From the human T2T-CHM13v2.0 reference genome, Homo sapiens: a stretch of 64,000 nt of DNA. Positions within the stretch are counted from its first letter, which is position 1, and each line of letters begins with the position of its first letter. The stretch is from the NCBI RefSeq assembly GCF_009914755.1, contig NC_060926.1; one strand, written 5' to 3'. Shown here piece by piece: positions 43,077 to 55,623 of this stretch. The translations under genes were made by a program, and so were the position numbers. The notes below the pieces were generated by a model, which saw only the letters and a program-made list of their open reading frames with translations, made no database searches and was not told the DNA's origin.

Positions 43077-43278
43077 TTTTTTGTATTATTATACTTTCAG
43101 CTCTGAGATACATGTGCAGAGCATGCAGGTTTGTTACATAAATGTATACGTGCCATGGTGGTTTGCTGCACCCATCAAGCCATCATCTACATTAGGTATT
43201 TCTCCTAATGCTATCCCTCCCCCAGTCTCCACCCCTGACAGGCCCGGGTATGTGACATTCCCCTCTCTGTGCCCATGC
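43077..43278 (-). mobile_element. Short L1PA (PA7-like) 3' end
   Basis: tattatactttcagctctgagatacatgtgcagagcatgcaggtttgttacat...ctcctaatgctatccctcccc. Confidence 0.9.
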
Positions 43279-43279
43279 A

Positions 43280-43690
43280 ACATCTTTGTAAAAGTTCCAG
43301 ATACACTTACCCCATGACCTTAATTCAACTGCTAGCTGTTTTTCCAAGGAAAATAAAAATATATGTATGTGAAAAGATCCATTAAAAATTTTTCATAGAG
43401 TTTCCTTTATATAACTAAGAACTGTAAATAATCCAAATGGCCCTAACAATAGAATGAATAAACAAATTGCGGTAGATTAAGAAACTGAAATTATACTAAG
43501 CAACATAGTTAATGTAATTCTGATACATGCAACAAATGGATAAAGATTAAAAAGATTCTATTAGAGTCAGTAAAATCATTTAAAAAGTATACACTAAATG
43601 ATTCAATGTTCATAAGTTTCTACAGTAGGCAAAACTAATCTATAGAGGTAGGTCAGAGCAGTAGTTGCCTACAGGGTACTGAGATAGATT
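43280..43690 (+). mobile_element. L1MD/ME 3' fragment (continues at ~48858-49005)
   Basis: taggcaaaactaatctatagaggtaggtcagagcagtagttgcct; resumes with ggaaccttctaaagtgaagaaaatgtgacatatctt. Confidence 0.65.
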
Positions 43691-45274
43691 TATTGTATAA
43701 TATTCTGTTATGTGTACACCACATTTAATTTATGAATTCATCATTTAATGGGCATTTGAATAATTTTCCATTATTTGGCTATTATAAATAATGCACAGTT
43801 ATAAAAATTTATGTACACATTTTTTATTTGAATGTATGTTTTCATTTCCTTCGAACTATACCTAAGCATGAAATTGGTGGGTCATATGGAACTGTCAGAC
43901 TGCTTTCCAAAGTGGCTGCATCATTTTACAGTCCCACAAGCAGTGTATGAGGATTCCAATTTTTCTTTACCTTTGTCAACACTTGCTAGTATCTATCTTT
44001 TTTTTATAGCTAACACTTGCTTTTGTCCTTTTGATTTTAGCTTTTCTAGTGAGTATAAAGTAGTATCTTATGTTGGTTTTGATTTGCATTTTTCTAATGA
44101 CTAATGATATTGCACATTTTTTGTATGCTTAATGGTCATTTGAATATTTTTTTTGGAGGAATGTATATTCAGATGGTCTGGCAATGTTTAAACTGATCTA
44201 CTTGCATTTTATTATTGAGTAATAAGACATATTCTGTATGAGACACAAGTATCATATTAGATGTATGATATTATAATATTATCTCTAATCAGCAGGTGAT
44301 CTTATCACTTTCTTTATGGGATCTTTTAAAGTACAAAAGCTTTTTAGTTTTTGTGAAGTCCAATTTATGCTTCTTCATTGGTTACCAGGTACTTTTGATT
44401 TTGCATTTTAAAAACCTTTGCAAAATGAAAGTATAGAAAATTTATCTTTATACCTCTTCTAAGAGTTTTATAATCTTCTCTTACATTTAGAATTGTGTCT
44501 TAATTCTACAGACACAATTCTGAATGTGAAAGAAGATATGGTTTCTTACATTGTGTCTGTTTAACTTTGAATTCATTATTGCATAGTATTTGAGATAGGC
44601 ATCTCAAATAGTTATTTTACATATGAATATCCAATTGTGCCAGCACCATTCATTGAAAAGACTACTCTTTCACTATTGAATTGTTTTGGAACTCATGTCA
44701 AAAAAATTAATTGATCTTAAATGTGAGAAATTTGTGATCTAAATTCTATTCTATTGTTCTATATATCTATTCTTATTCCAGTACCATATTGTCTCGATAA
44801 CTGTAGCTTTGTAATATGCTTTGAAATGGGGATTTATAAAATTGCTCTTTTATTGAACTCAAGATTATTTTGGCTATTCTATTGATATGTTGTATTACAA
44901 TAATTGATTTTCAGATACTAGACCAGCCTTGCATTCCTGGAGTAAATCTCACTTGGTCATAGTTTATAATTATTTTGTATGTTGCTAGAGATGTGGGTTT
45001 CTAGTATTTTGTTGAGAAATTGCTCATCTATGTTGATATGAGATACAGGTCTGTAGTTTTCTTGTAATTTCTGGCTTTTATATTAAAGTAATTCTGGCCT
45101 CATAAGATGAGTTAAGAAGTGTTTCTATTATTCTATTTTTTGGAAGAGCTTGTAGAACATTGGTATTAATTCTTTCTTAAATATTTGGTAGAATGCACTG
45201 CACAAACCATCAACGACTATGCATTTCTTTGTTGCTATTTTTGGTTGCTATTTTACTATTTTATTTTATTTTTA

Positions 45275-45551
45275 CTTTTTTATTTTATTATTATTATTTT
45301 TTGAGACAGAGTCTTACATTGCCACCCAGGCTGTAGTGCAGTGGTGCGATTTCCACTGACTGCAACCTCTGCCTCCCTAGTAGCTGGAATTACAGGTGCC
45401 TGCCACCATGCTTGTCTAATTTTGTGTATTTTTAATAGAGATGGGGTTTCACTATGTTGGCCAGGCTGGTCTTGAACTCCTGACCTCATGATCTGCCCAT
45501 CTTGGCCTCCCAAAGTGCTAGGATTACAGGCATGAGCCACCACACTCAGCC
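45275..45551 (-). mobile_element. AluS (Sg-like) with a ~32 bp right-arm deletion
   Basis: tgacctcatgatctgccc; ctctgcctccc joined directly to tagtagctgg. Confidence 0.92.
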
Positions 45552-46233
45552 TATTTTATTTTATTTTAATCAGTTATAGAACAGCTCACATTTTCTGTCT
45601 CTTCTTGAGTCAGTTTCATAAGTTTCTGTCTTTCTAGGAATTTGTCCATTTCAATTGATATACAATTGTTTATAGTATTCCCTGTAATTCATTTTGTTTA
45701 TGTAAATGTAACAGCAATTTTCCCTTTTAATTCTGATTTTGTAATTTGAGTCTTATATCTCATTCTCTTAGTAAATCTAGCTAATTTTTTTTCAATTTTG
45801 TTGATTTTTTAAATAACCAACTTTTGGTATTATTTTCTTTTCCTCTCTATTGTCTATGTCAATAAATTCTGCTCTGACCTTTACTATTGCCTTTCTTCTG
45901 CAAGCTTTAGATTTAGTTTGCTGTTTTATCTTTGCAATTGATTATCTATCTGTCTATCTATCTAGCTAGCTAGCTATCTATGCATTTGCAGATTTAAATA
46001 GTCACATCTAAGTACTGCTTTAGTTGCATTCCATAATATTTTGTATATTGGGTCTTTATTTCCACTTAAAGCATTTTTAAAGTTTTCTGTCATATATTCT
46101 TTTATTGGTTACTTAAGAGTATGTTTTTTCGTTTCCACTTACTTATTAATTTCTCTAAAACCCTTTAGATACTGATTTCTAATTTAATTCCATTCTTGTC
46201 AGGAATGTGTTTTACATGAATTCAATCCTTTTA

Positions 46234-46495
<262 letters not shown>

Positions 46496-46699
46496 GTACT
46501 GAGATTTGCTTTATGATCTAGCATATAGCTTATCCTTGATAATACTTCATATGCATTTGAAAATAATTATATTCTGTTGTTGAATAAAGTGTTCTACAGA
46601 TGTCCCTTAGGCCTAATTAGTTTATAAAGTTGTTTATGTCTTCTACTTTCTGGTTGGTCTTGTAATGAGTGGAACTTTCATTATTGAAAGTGAGGTATA

Positions 46700-46987
46700 T
46701 GCCAAGCACAGTGGCTTACACTTGTAATCCCAGCACTTTGGGAGGCCAAGGCGGGTGGATCACTTGAGGTCCGGACCAGCCTGGTCAACATAGTGAAAAC
46801 CCATCTCTACTAACATACAAAAATTAGCCGGGCGTGGTGGCAGGTGCCTGTAATCCCAATTACTCGAGAGGATGAGGCAGGGGAATCACTTGAACCCAGA
46901 GGTGGAGGTTGCAGTGAGCTGAGATCACGCCACTGCACTACACTCCAGCCTGGGTGACAGAGCAATACTCCCTCAAAAAAAAAAAAA
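46700..46987 (+). mobile_element. AluS (Sz/Sx-like)
   Basis: Both arms with a small deletion at gaggtccgg|accagcc; A-tail; TSD aaagtgaggta. Confidence 0.93.
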
Positions 46988-49089
46988 AAAGTGAGGTACT
47001 GAAGTCTCCAACTGTTATGTTTAAATAGCCTATTTATTCAGATTGAAACAATCTGTCATTTTTTGCTTCATGTATTTGGAAGCTGTGTTTTTAGGTGCAT
47101 GTACATTGACAATTGTATCTTCCTGAATGACTCACCTTTTTACTACTGAAAGTGTCCCTCTTTATCTCTAGTAATATTTTTTATATAAATTCTATTATTT
47201 CTGATATTATTATAGTCGTCCCACCTTTCTGATGGTTGCTCTTTGCATAATATATCTTTTCCATCCTTTTACTTTCGAACTATTTGTACATTTGAATCTA
47301 AAATGCATCTTTAGACACTATAGTTGAATCATGTCTGTTTTTTCATCCTCTCGTACAACTTCTGCCTTTTATTTGAATTGTTTTATCTACTCACATTTAA
47401 TGTTATTTTTGATATATTTGAATTTCTATTTTTCATTTTAATATTTTGCTTGTTTTTGTCTTAGCTCTTTTGGTTCCTCAATTCTTCCTTTTCTCCTGCC
47501 TTTTACCTTAAGTTAATATTTTTATTTTAATATTTTAATTTTTTAAATTTTTTTTCTCAATTTTGAGTTATTTCTTAATGGTTTAGAGCTTACCAGATAA
47601 ATATTATCACAATCTACTTTACCTTTGTAATAAATTAATTCAAGTGAGGTATAAAAACATTAGCCCTTTACAGTGTTATTCCTTCTCCCCTTTTTCTACT
47701 ATAATTGTTAGCATATTATAACACATCTGCATATGTTACAATTTCAACAACATTGTTTTAATTATTACTTTTTGTAATTTTATGCATTTTAAAGCCGTAA
47801 AGAGAAAAAAACGAGAGCAACTATGTACATATAGTAGGGTACTTTGTTCCTTTCTTTTTCTGACCACATCCAACTATTACATTCCAGTAATTGCCAGCTG
47901 ATTGATCTTTTATTTTCAACAACACCCTGTGGCATAACTTGTTCTACAGTCTATTTGGCATCCTTTACAAGGGTAGTTTTTGAGCTCAGTTTTCTGCTTT
48001 TTTGACCTCAGGAGAACTCTCTTAGCTATTCCTGATTCTCTCTGGATAACTAGAGATGCTGATGGTTTAACTGGCTTATTTTCAAATTTTTCATTTTTTT
48101 TTTCTGACAGTGCCCTTATGCCTAAAATTCCCCTTACCTTGTTTAGATAAGTTTAGATTCTTAGTAAAGAACTTCTGAGCTCTCTGTTTTATGGCCTACC
48201 TTTCTCTTTGGTCCAAATATCTGAGTCACAGCTCTGGTCCTTAGGTTGGGGACAATTGAAAACTTTCTAATTGACACCTCTACTTTTGCAGGTTACCGGG
48301 CCCCTATAGTCTTCTAGTTTTGCCTCTTCCTGCATGGAAACTTGCTGCATGCCTGCACTATGATGAGGGCAATGAGGGCTCCAGGATTCTCACCCTTCCA
48401 CTCCTGGGGTAAAATCTCTCCTCTGTGAGTTGGAGTTGCATGGAAGAAGAGAATTTCCAACCTTTCTGTTACACTAGCCTCTGAAACTCAGAGTTGGAGA
48501 TGGAAGGAATTTTGAAATTCCTGCCCCTCTGTGGAGGATACCTTAGCCCTTGACTGAGAGTTGCCTGCAGAGGGGGTCCTTTGTTCATGGCTGTGCCTAC
48601 TTGAAGTGAAGGTTCTATTATGCTGATCTGGAAGAAAGGGAGAGATCTGGCCAAGGTTAGAATGCCACAGACTCTCTTAATTTACTGAGTTTAGTAGATT
48701 CTCTTGAGTAAATGTTACTTAACTTTCTGTAAGCCCTAATGACAATTTCAAGAGATTTTGAGTGGTTGATTTTAAAATAATTTTCACCAATTATGCTTTT
48801 TATCACTGGAGAGTGTATCAGCAGAGCTCCTCACTTGTCATTTCAGAACTAGAACTCTGGAACCTTCTAAAGTGAAGAAAATGTGACATATCTTAATTTG
48901 GATGGCAATTACAAAGTTTTATAAATTTATAAATTCAATAAATTATAAATATAAGATTTTTGTATTTCTCTATGTATTAATTATACATCAATTTAAAAAT
49001 CTGCAGTATTTATATGAAGACTGATAAAATTCTACTCTAAAACCAACAAAAAGGTCTTAAATACCAAAAAATCCACTATGATCTTGGTT

Positions 49090-49510
49090 GATTGATCAGT
49101 GAGGCTCCAAACAGGAAAAGAGAAGTCACCTTAAACATACAAAACAAGGGGAATTTAAAATAGGGAATTGGTCATCCAAGTGATATAAATGCTGAGAAGC
49201 CAAACAGGAAACTACAAAGCAAACAAAAGCTTTAAGTTTATTTTGTCTCTAGACTGGAAGGAGATGGTTCCAGGATGGAAGCTGGGAACACAATGGGCTT
49301 TTGCGACTGTAGTTGGAGCCGGGAGGATATACGATCTTTGCCAGACACATAATCTAAGACAGAGAGATGACAAATATATTAGCTTTTCTCTTCCTCCCAC
49401 TGCCCAGTTTTCCACCAGAACCTCCCAATGGCAGATTCCAGAAAGAAGCCAGTTAAAATAGAAGCTTAGGGCACATAGCCTGGAGGGATTGGTTCTACAG
49501 AAAAGAGTAG
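49090..49510 (-). mobile_element. Probable ancient ERVL/MaLR-type LTR fragment
   Basis: caggaaaagagaagtcacctta...ggggaatttaaaatagggaattgg and cctcccaatggcagattccagaaagaagcc resemble antisense old LTRs; family not determined. Confidence 0.4.
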
Positions 49511-49519
49511 GAAAAGGGG

Positions 49520-49636
49520 TCGATATCCAAAATGTATAAAGAACTCCTACAATTTAACAACCAAAAATCACATAACCACATTAAAAAATGGGCAAAAGAC
49601 TTGAAAAGACATTTGTCCGAAGATGATATACAAACA
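49520..49636 (+). mobile_element. L1 ORF2 fragment (left of the inferred inversion)
   Basis: atatccaaaatgtataaagaactcctacaa...aaatgggcaaaagacttgaaaagacattt...gatatacaaa. Confidence 0.88.
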
Positions 49637-49646
49637 AAGATATATT

Positions 49647-49964
49647 GAATGCAGACAAAGTTTATTGATTAAGTTTTCTGTCCTATATGGATATGGTTTG
49701 TGGGCACTCCAAAATAATTACAATAGTGACATTAAAGATTACTGATTACAGATCACCATAACAGTTATACTAACAAGGGCAAGGTTTGAAATATTGCAAG
49801 AAGTAGCAAAACATGACACAGATACACAAAGAGAGCACATGCTGTTGATAAAGTGGCACGGATAGACTTGCTCAACACAGGGTTGCCACAAACCTTAAAT
49901 ATGTAAGCAACGCAACATTTGTGAAGTACAATAAAGTGAGGTGTAATAAAATAAGGTATGTCTA
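49647..49964 (-). mobile_element. Tigger1 5' end (~320 bp including the left TIR)
   Basis: Reverse complement of the Tigger1 start: gatagacttgctcaacacagggttgccacaaacctt...taataaaataaggtatgtcta-TA. Confidence 0.9.
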
Positions 49965-51519
49965 TAGATTATTACCTTTCTTCAAAGAAGATGAAAGGAA
50001 AACCCATGCAATTGTAGAACTTTTGTTGCAAGTGACAAAACGTCTGCTGGATGATCAATTTTCTCTTTAAGTATTAATAAAAGTGAACCTGAGTTCACTT
50101 AAAATAAATTTTCCCAAAGAAGCTTCCAGCTCACTTTTATGTTCTAAATGGTAGTTGTTTGGCATAAACACAACGGTCTAAATGGATGGTGACAGGCAAC
50201 ACATTTGATGGACAAGCGCTGAGGGAAGAGATCAAACATAAATTCTACAAAGCAGTGTTAGCACACCATATACATAATAAACAAGTGCAAATGAAAAGAA
50301 AGCTCATGAATAATAGATGAGGGATACATTGAACATATTAAAATATGCATTATCTGGATGGCTGATGGATTTCAGATGGAATAGGTCCAAAGGACAGGTG
50401 AGTGAAAGGTGAGGTCAAACTAGAGAAGCTGATTAAGTGATATGGGGAGAAGCTTCCCAAATGGAAGCTCTTGAAAGATTTTAATTGTACATAGCTAAAT
50501 TAGCTAGCCAGGTGAAGAGTGTACAACATGAATAGTACACTAATAAGCAAATGTATAAACAGTAGTGGAGGCGGTAGAGGAGAAGAAGGAGGAGGTAGAT
50601 AAAAGGGGAAAAAATAAAACATAAGAAAGTTAGGGAATACAAATGTAAACAGGCAGGCATTGCAAATGCAAACCATTAAGATTCAGGTGAAATGAAAGCA
50701 GTGTACTGTCCTTTAACAGGAGACAAATGGCTATGGGGGTGCTGGCTAAGAGCTTATAACTGAAGAATTTAGTTGGCTTCACTACCTTGCAGATTCTAAA
50801 GAAGCAAAACATATGTGAGTGAAAATGTAGCCAAAAATTCTTAATCAGAATTCAAGGCAGAGATATTTGTTGTTCTAGTGAGACAGAAGCAGTTCTCAAA
50901 GGCTTTTGTTATTCACCTTTTTAAGAAAAAAACTGAGTATAGTAACCAAAGGTTCTTTATTTTGCATATTAAAATGATAAATGATTTCTCATAAATGAAT
51001 TTTCCAGATTATGCCAATCTTTTTTATTTAAATACCACTTTTTTAAAAAATCAAAAGTTTTGATAACAAAAATGAAAAATATATTTATGCACATACCATT
51101 CTTCTCCACTTCTGGGAAATATTTTCAATGGTTTTTTTTCCTTTCATAAAGTTTCACTATGACCTTCTTTCATTATTATAGTAAAAACAATTGTGGTAAT
51201 ATTTTTGTATGCAATATTATATTATACATACTATATGTTAGTTTAAACACTGTCATGGTTCTCATTTTCAAAAAGTAAATACTGTTTATATGAGCTCACA
51301 TTTTTGTAGCTCAGTTTGCTAGGGTTTGGAGTCAATATATATACAAGAGTATTTCAGTTCTTTGTTTTCTCACATCAAAATTTTAGCGTATTTTATATTG
51401 CCTTTCTATAACCCTGTAAAAAGTGCCAAACAAATGGTCAGAGTCAGGCTCCCAGGTTGGATAGAGGGAAGATGATGGTTTTTTCTATAGGAAGAGCATT
51501 GAGAAAAACCTATAGAAAG

Positions 51520-51735
51520 GTTTTTCTGAGTACTTTCTATTTGTCAGACATGTTGTTAAATATTGACCAGAATTATCTCCTTTAATCTGCCAAAACAAAA
51601 AATGTAATCTTTGAGTCTGCTGCTATAATTAACCTCCATTTTATGGAAGAAAAAAAAATGAACCATAGAAGTTATAAATTACATGTAAGTTCACAGAGCT
51701 GGTCAATAAAAGAGCAGGAAACAGACAGAACGTCA
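51520..51735 (-). mobile_element. MIR fragment
   Basis: ctccattttatggaagaaaaaa...gttcacagagctggtcaat. Confidence 0.6.
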
Positions 51736-51814
51736 CTTCAGAACTGCCTTCTCGACTGATGGACTTCCACCGATTAACATTTGGGTTGCTTCTACCTCTA
51801 TTCTATTTTGATTA

Positions 51815-52214
51815 ACAATGTTATTTATATTTATGGGGTACAAAGTGGTGTTGTAATTTTTAATATAATGAAATAAGATTACATTTAGCTAATTAACATA
51901 CCACCTCAAATATTTTAATTTTTTTGTCATGAAAACATGAGATATTTACTCTCTCAGCAATATTGAAATGTACAGCTCTATTCACCATGCTGTGCAATTG
52001 ATATTTTTAAATATCAAACTTATTTCTCCTGTCTAATAAGGCTTTGTACCCTTTGACTATCATCTCTCCATTCCCCCTACCCCCAGTCTCTGGTAACCAC
52101 CATTCTACTCTCTGCATCTATAAGTTCAATTGTTTTAGATTCATTGTGGTTTTTATTTGCGTGTCACTAATTACTTTATGATTGATGATATTGAACATCT
52201 TTTGATATGCTCAT
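51815..52214 (-). mobile_element. L1MA (MA6-8-like) 3' end joined to an ORF2 piece
   Basis: atatttatggggtaca...tctggtaaccaccattctactctctgc...ttttagattca|ttgtggtttttatttgc...atattgaacatcttttgatatgctc. Confidence 0.82.
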
Positions 52215-53725
52215 TTATGGGGCTTCAGGAAAGAAGCCATCATTGTAATATGAAAGTGCAAGGTGAAGTAGCAAGTGCTGATGTAGAAGCTGCAGCAAGT
52301 TATCCAGAAGATCCAGCTAAGATAATAGATAAAGCTGGCTACACTAAAAAACAGATTTCAATGTAGATGAAATACCTTTCATTGGAAGAAGATGCCATCT
52401 AGGACTTTTGTAGCTAGAGAGGAGAAATGGATGTTTGGCTACAAAACTTCAAACAACAGTCTGACTCTCTTGTGAGGGACTCATGCAACTGGTGACTTTA
52501 AGGTGAAGGCAATGCTCATTTACCATTCTGAAAATTCTAGGGCCCTTAAGAATTAAGCTAAATCTACTCTCATATTTGTTTATAGCATGACTTACTGAAT
52601 ATTTTAAGCCCACTGTTGAGACCTGCTGCTCAGAAAAAAAGAATTCATGCTTCTCATTGGCAGTGAAACTAGTCATCCAAGAGCTCTGATGGAGATATAC
52701 AAGGAGATAAATGTTTTCTTGTCTGCTAACACAACATCCATTCTACAGCCCATGGATCAAGGAGTAATTTCAAGTCTTACTATTTAAAAAAATACGTCTC
52801 CTGAGGTGATAGCTGTTATATATAGTAATTATTTTGATGGATCCGCAAAGAACATTGGATTTACCATTCTAGATGCCATTAAGAATATCTGTGATTCACA
52901 GGAAGAGGTCAAAATATAAACATTAATAGGAGTTGGTAGAAGTCAATTCCAACCCTCACGAATAACTTTCAGGGCTTAGAGGCTTTAGTGGAAGAAATAA
53001 CTACAGATGTGATATAAATAGCAAAAGAGCTACATTTAGAGTGAAGCTTGAAGATGTGACTGAATTGTTGCAATCTTAGGATAAAATTTTAATGGATGAG
53101 GAGATGCTTCTCATGGGTAGTAAAGAAAGTCGTTTCTTAAAATGGAATGCACTCCTGATAAACATGCTATGAACACTGTTGAAATAAAAACAAAAGATTT
53201 AAAATATTACACAAACTTAGTTGATAAATCATTTTCAGGGTTAGAGAGGAGTGACTCCAATTTTGAAAGAAGTTTTACTGTGGGTAAAATGCTATCAAAC
53301 AGCATCACATGATGCAGAGAAAGCTTTCATGAAAGGAATAATTAATCAATGTTGAAGGTCTCATTTTTTGTTATATTTAAGTAAATTGCCACTGCCACCC
53401 TGCTTTCAGTAACCACCACTCTGATCAGTCAACTGCCACCAATATCAAGACAATAACTTCCACCAGCAAAGAAATTATGAATATTTTAAGCCTGAAGGCT
53501 CCAATGATTGTTAGCATTTTTTAGCAATAAGGTATTTTTAAATTAAAGTACGCACATTTTTAAACATAATGCTATTCTGTACTTAATGGAGTATAGTATA
53601 GTGTGAATAAAACTTTTATATGCACTGGCCAAAAACTTTGTGTGACTCATTTTATTGTGACATTTGCTTTATCTCAATGGTCTGAATCCCTGAACCAAAC
53701 CCACATTATCTCCAAGGTATGCCTG
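52214..53725 (+). mobile_element. Tigger1 3' two-thirds (decayed pogo-like transposase and right TIR)
   Basis: ORF 52157..52366 contains [20 protein letters not shown]; cagcccatggatcaaggagtaatt (QPMDQGVI); ends atctccaaggtatgcctg-TA. Confidence 0.93.
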
Positions 53726-54479
53726 TATATGAATCCTTAAATTTATTAAGAGAGAAACTCCTCAGTCTAAACTACAGCAAACATTATCTTTAATCTGATC
53801 TTGCTGTTTTCCAAAACCACATGCCTACATCTAGAACATGAGGATTAGGAATCATTAAAGTAAAATATACATAAATTTTTAAAAACTTGCTTTAATATCA
53901 AGTATATTGCATATGAATACAAGAAACACTGGATTTCTGGGTGTGGAGGGAACCATATTTCAGAGAACACTCTTGCTCTTCACCAATCACCTTCATTTGC
54001 AATCACTTTTATCAGTTAATGAGGAGACATCAAATTTTGAATAAGGTGCCCCCGAATGAGAACTTGACATATCAACTGTTCTAGTGAGTCTTACCAGAGA
54101 AACAAACAAACAAATGAAAAGAATAATAATAGTTAAAGACCATATTGATCTGTTTACTGCTAAATAAGCATTAAGTTCCCCCAAAGGAGTATTTCACTTT
54201 TTACAATGCTCCTTGGACCATGTCTCTGACTATAAAATAAAGAATACTAACATTCTTGGGCTGTGTTTTGTATGAAAACAGCAGGCTTAGTATTTTACAT
54301 AGATTTTCACCTCAGTAATTTATTTCAGATTTTTATAAGCATTTTTATTCCCAAGGTGGTACTTATGGCTTGAAATGTCGATTTAGAACTTTGGAATTTC
54401 CTGACCCAATATTTCAACCCTCCTGACACTGACCCCAGTGTCACAATTCCATTTTCTACTCATTATTCCTTAGTGTTCT

Positions 54480-54670
54480 ATAGTTTGAAAAGCCTGTACA
54501 CAGACCTCTCATCTGACTCTCTTAATAGCCTTGTGAGTTAAATAAGGCTTCATTTAACTTTATTTTACAACTGATGAGACTGAGGCATACTGAGATGAGA
54601 TGCCATGGCTGCGAGGGTATGGTTGATGGGTGAGAGCCCAGGGCTTGAAAATCCAGTACCGGGCTTTTCA
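54480..54670 (-). mobile_element. MIR fragment
   Basis: attttacaactgatgagactgaggcatactgagatgagatgccatgg...gagcccagggcttgaa. Confidence 0.6.
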
Positions 54671-55204
54671 TCGTTTCCTCTAGTGCTTCTTAAACCCTCA
54701 CTCAACATGGTACCCTTCTCCATTCCCCTGTGAAACCTGCCCCATTTGTTCTGTCGTTCTGTTTATTGTATGCATACCAATCACATCAGCTCAACTAGTC
54801 TCTAGACTATTTTTTTTCCTTTTTGCCCAGCACAGAACAGAGAACAAAGTAGATTTATAAGTAGGATTTCTCAACTCTCTAAGTGAAATTAAATCTAACA
54901 CCCAACAAGTCTTCCGTTGGCTGGCTTCATTTTCACATCTCTGCTACTTCCATTTGCTATATTTCCCCTTTTTTCCTCAGGTAAGTTAGAAGTTTGATGG
55001 TCCAAAGTGAAGAAAGAAAAATTCATCAAAATATAAGAAAAATTTTCAGCTGAATTTCCAAAATCAAATAAAACTTTAAAATTCCACCTTGAGTCTATAA
55101 GGATTCTAGACATCATGACCCATTGAATCAGGTTAGATCAAATCACACTGGTGCAAACACTGAAACATACCATGTTTCCCATCACAATTTGTGGTGTAAT
55201 GGTA

Positions 55205-55623
55205 ATAAGCCCAGTGATGGGCAGATTGCGTAGTTTGTCTCATCACATCCCACATCCCCTCCTAAGGGCTGACACATCCATGTCCAGGCTGCTGGCATGT
55301 CCACTGTGGACAGCTCAAAGATGCACAGTCCTGGTGGCAGGGATCTGCCTTGCCCAGGGGACAGCCAACAGCCTGAGACTGGCTGAAGCAGAAATACAAA
55401 GGCCCAGGCCATATTCTGACTGGGAAAATCTCTGCAAGACTGTCTCAGATCCACAGCTTCCTGTAGGATTCAGAGCCCTCAGCTGCAGCCTTATTGTGGT
55501 TCAGCTTCCCCCTGCCTTCTCCTTTTCCTTGCAGGTGTAATCTCCCAAGAGTTTTCTCCAATAAACCCTCTACAGGCAATGCCCAGTCTCAGAGCATGTT
55601 TCCAGGGAAACCAATCTAAGGCA
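55205..55623 (+). mobile_element. LTR16-like (ERVL) LTR
   Basis: ccacagcttcctgtaggatt...ctcccaagagttttctccaataaaccctctaca...tctcagagcatgtttccagggaaaccaatctaaggca. Confidence 0.75.

Noticed and set aside
52157-53300. Transposase-like peptide resembling the TIGD1 gene product
   Set aside because: Multiple stops and deletions, no N-terminus, and a TIR at the end; this is a decayed Tigger1 copy, not a domesticated gene.
55151-55540. 129 aa ORF in a GC-richer stretch
   Set aside because: It lies within an LTR16-like LTR, starts at GTG and has no recognisable domain.
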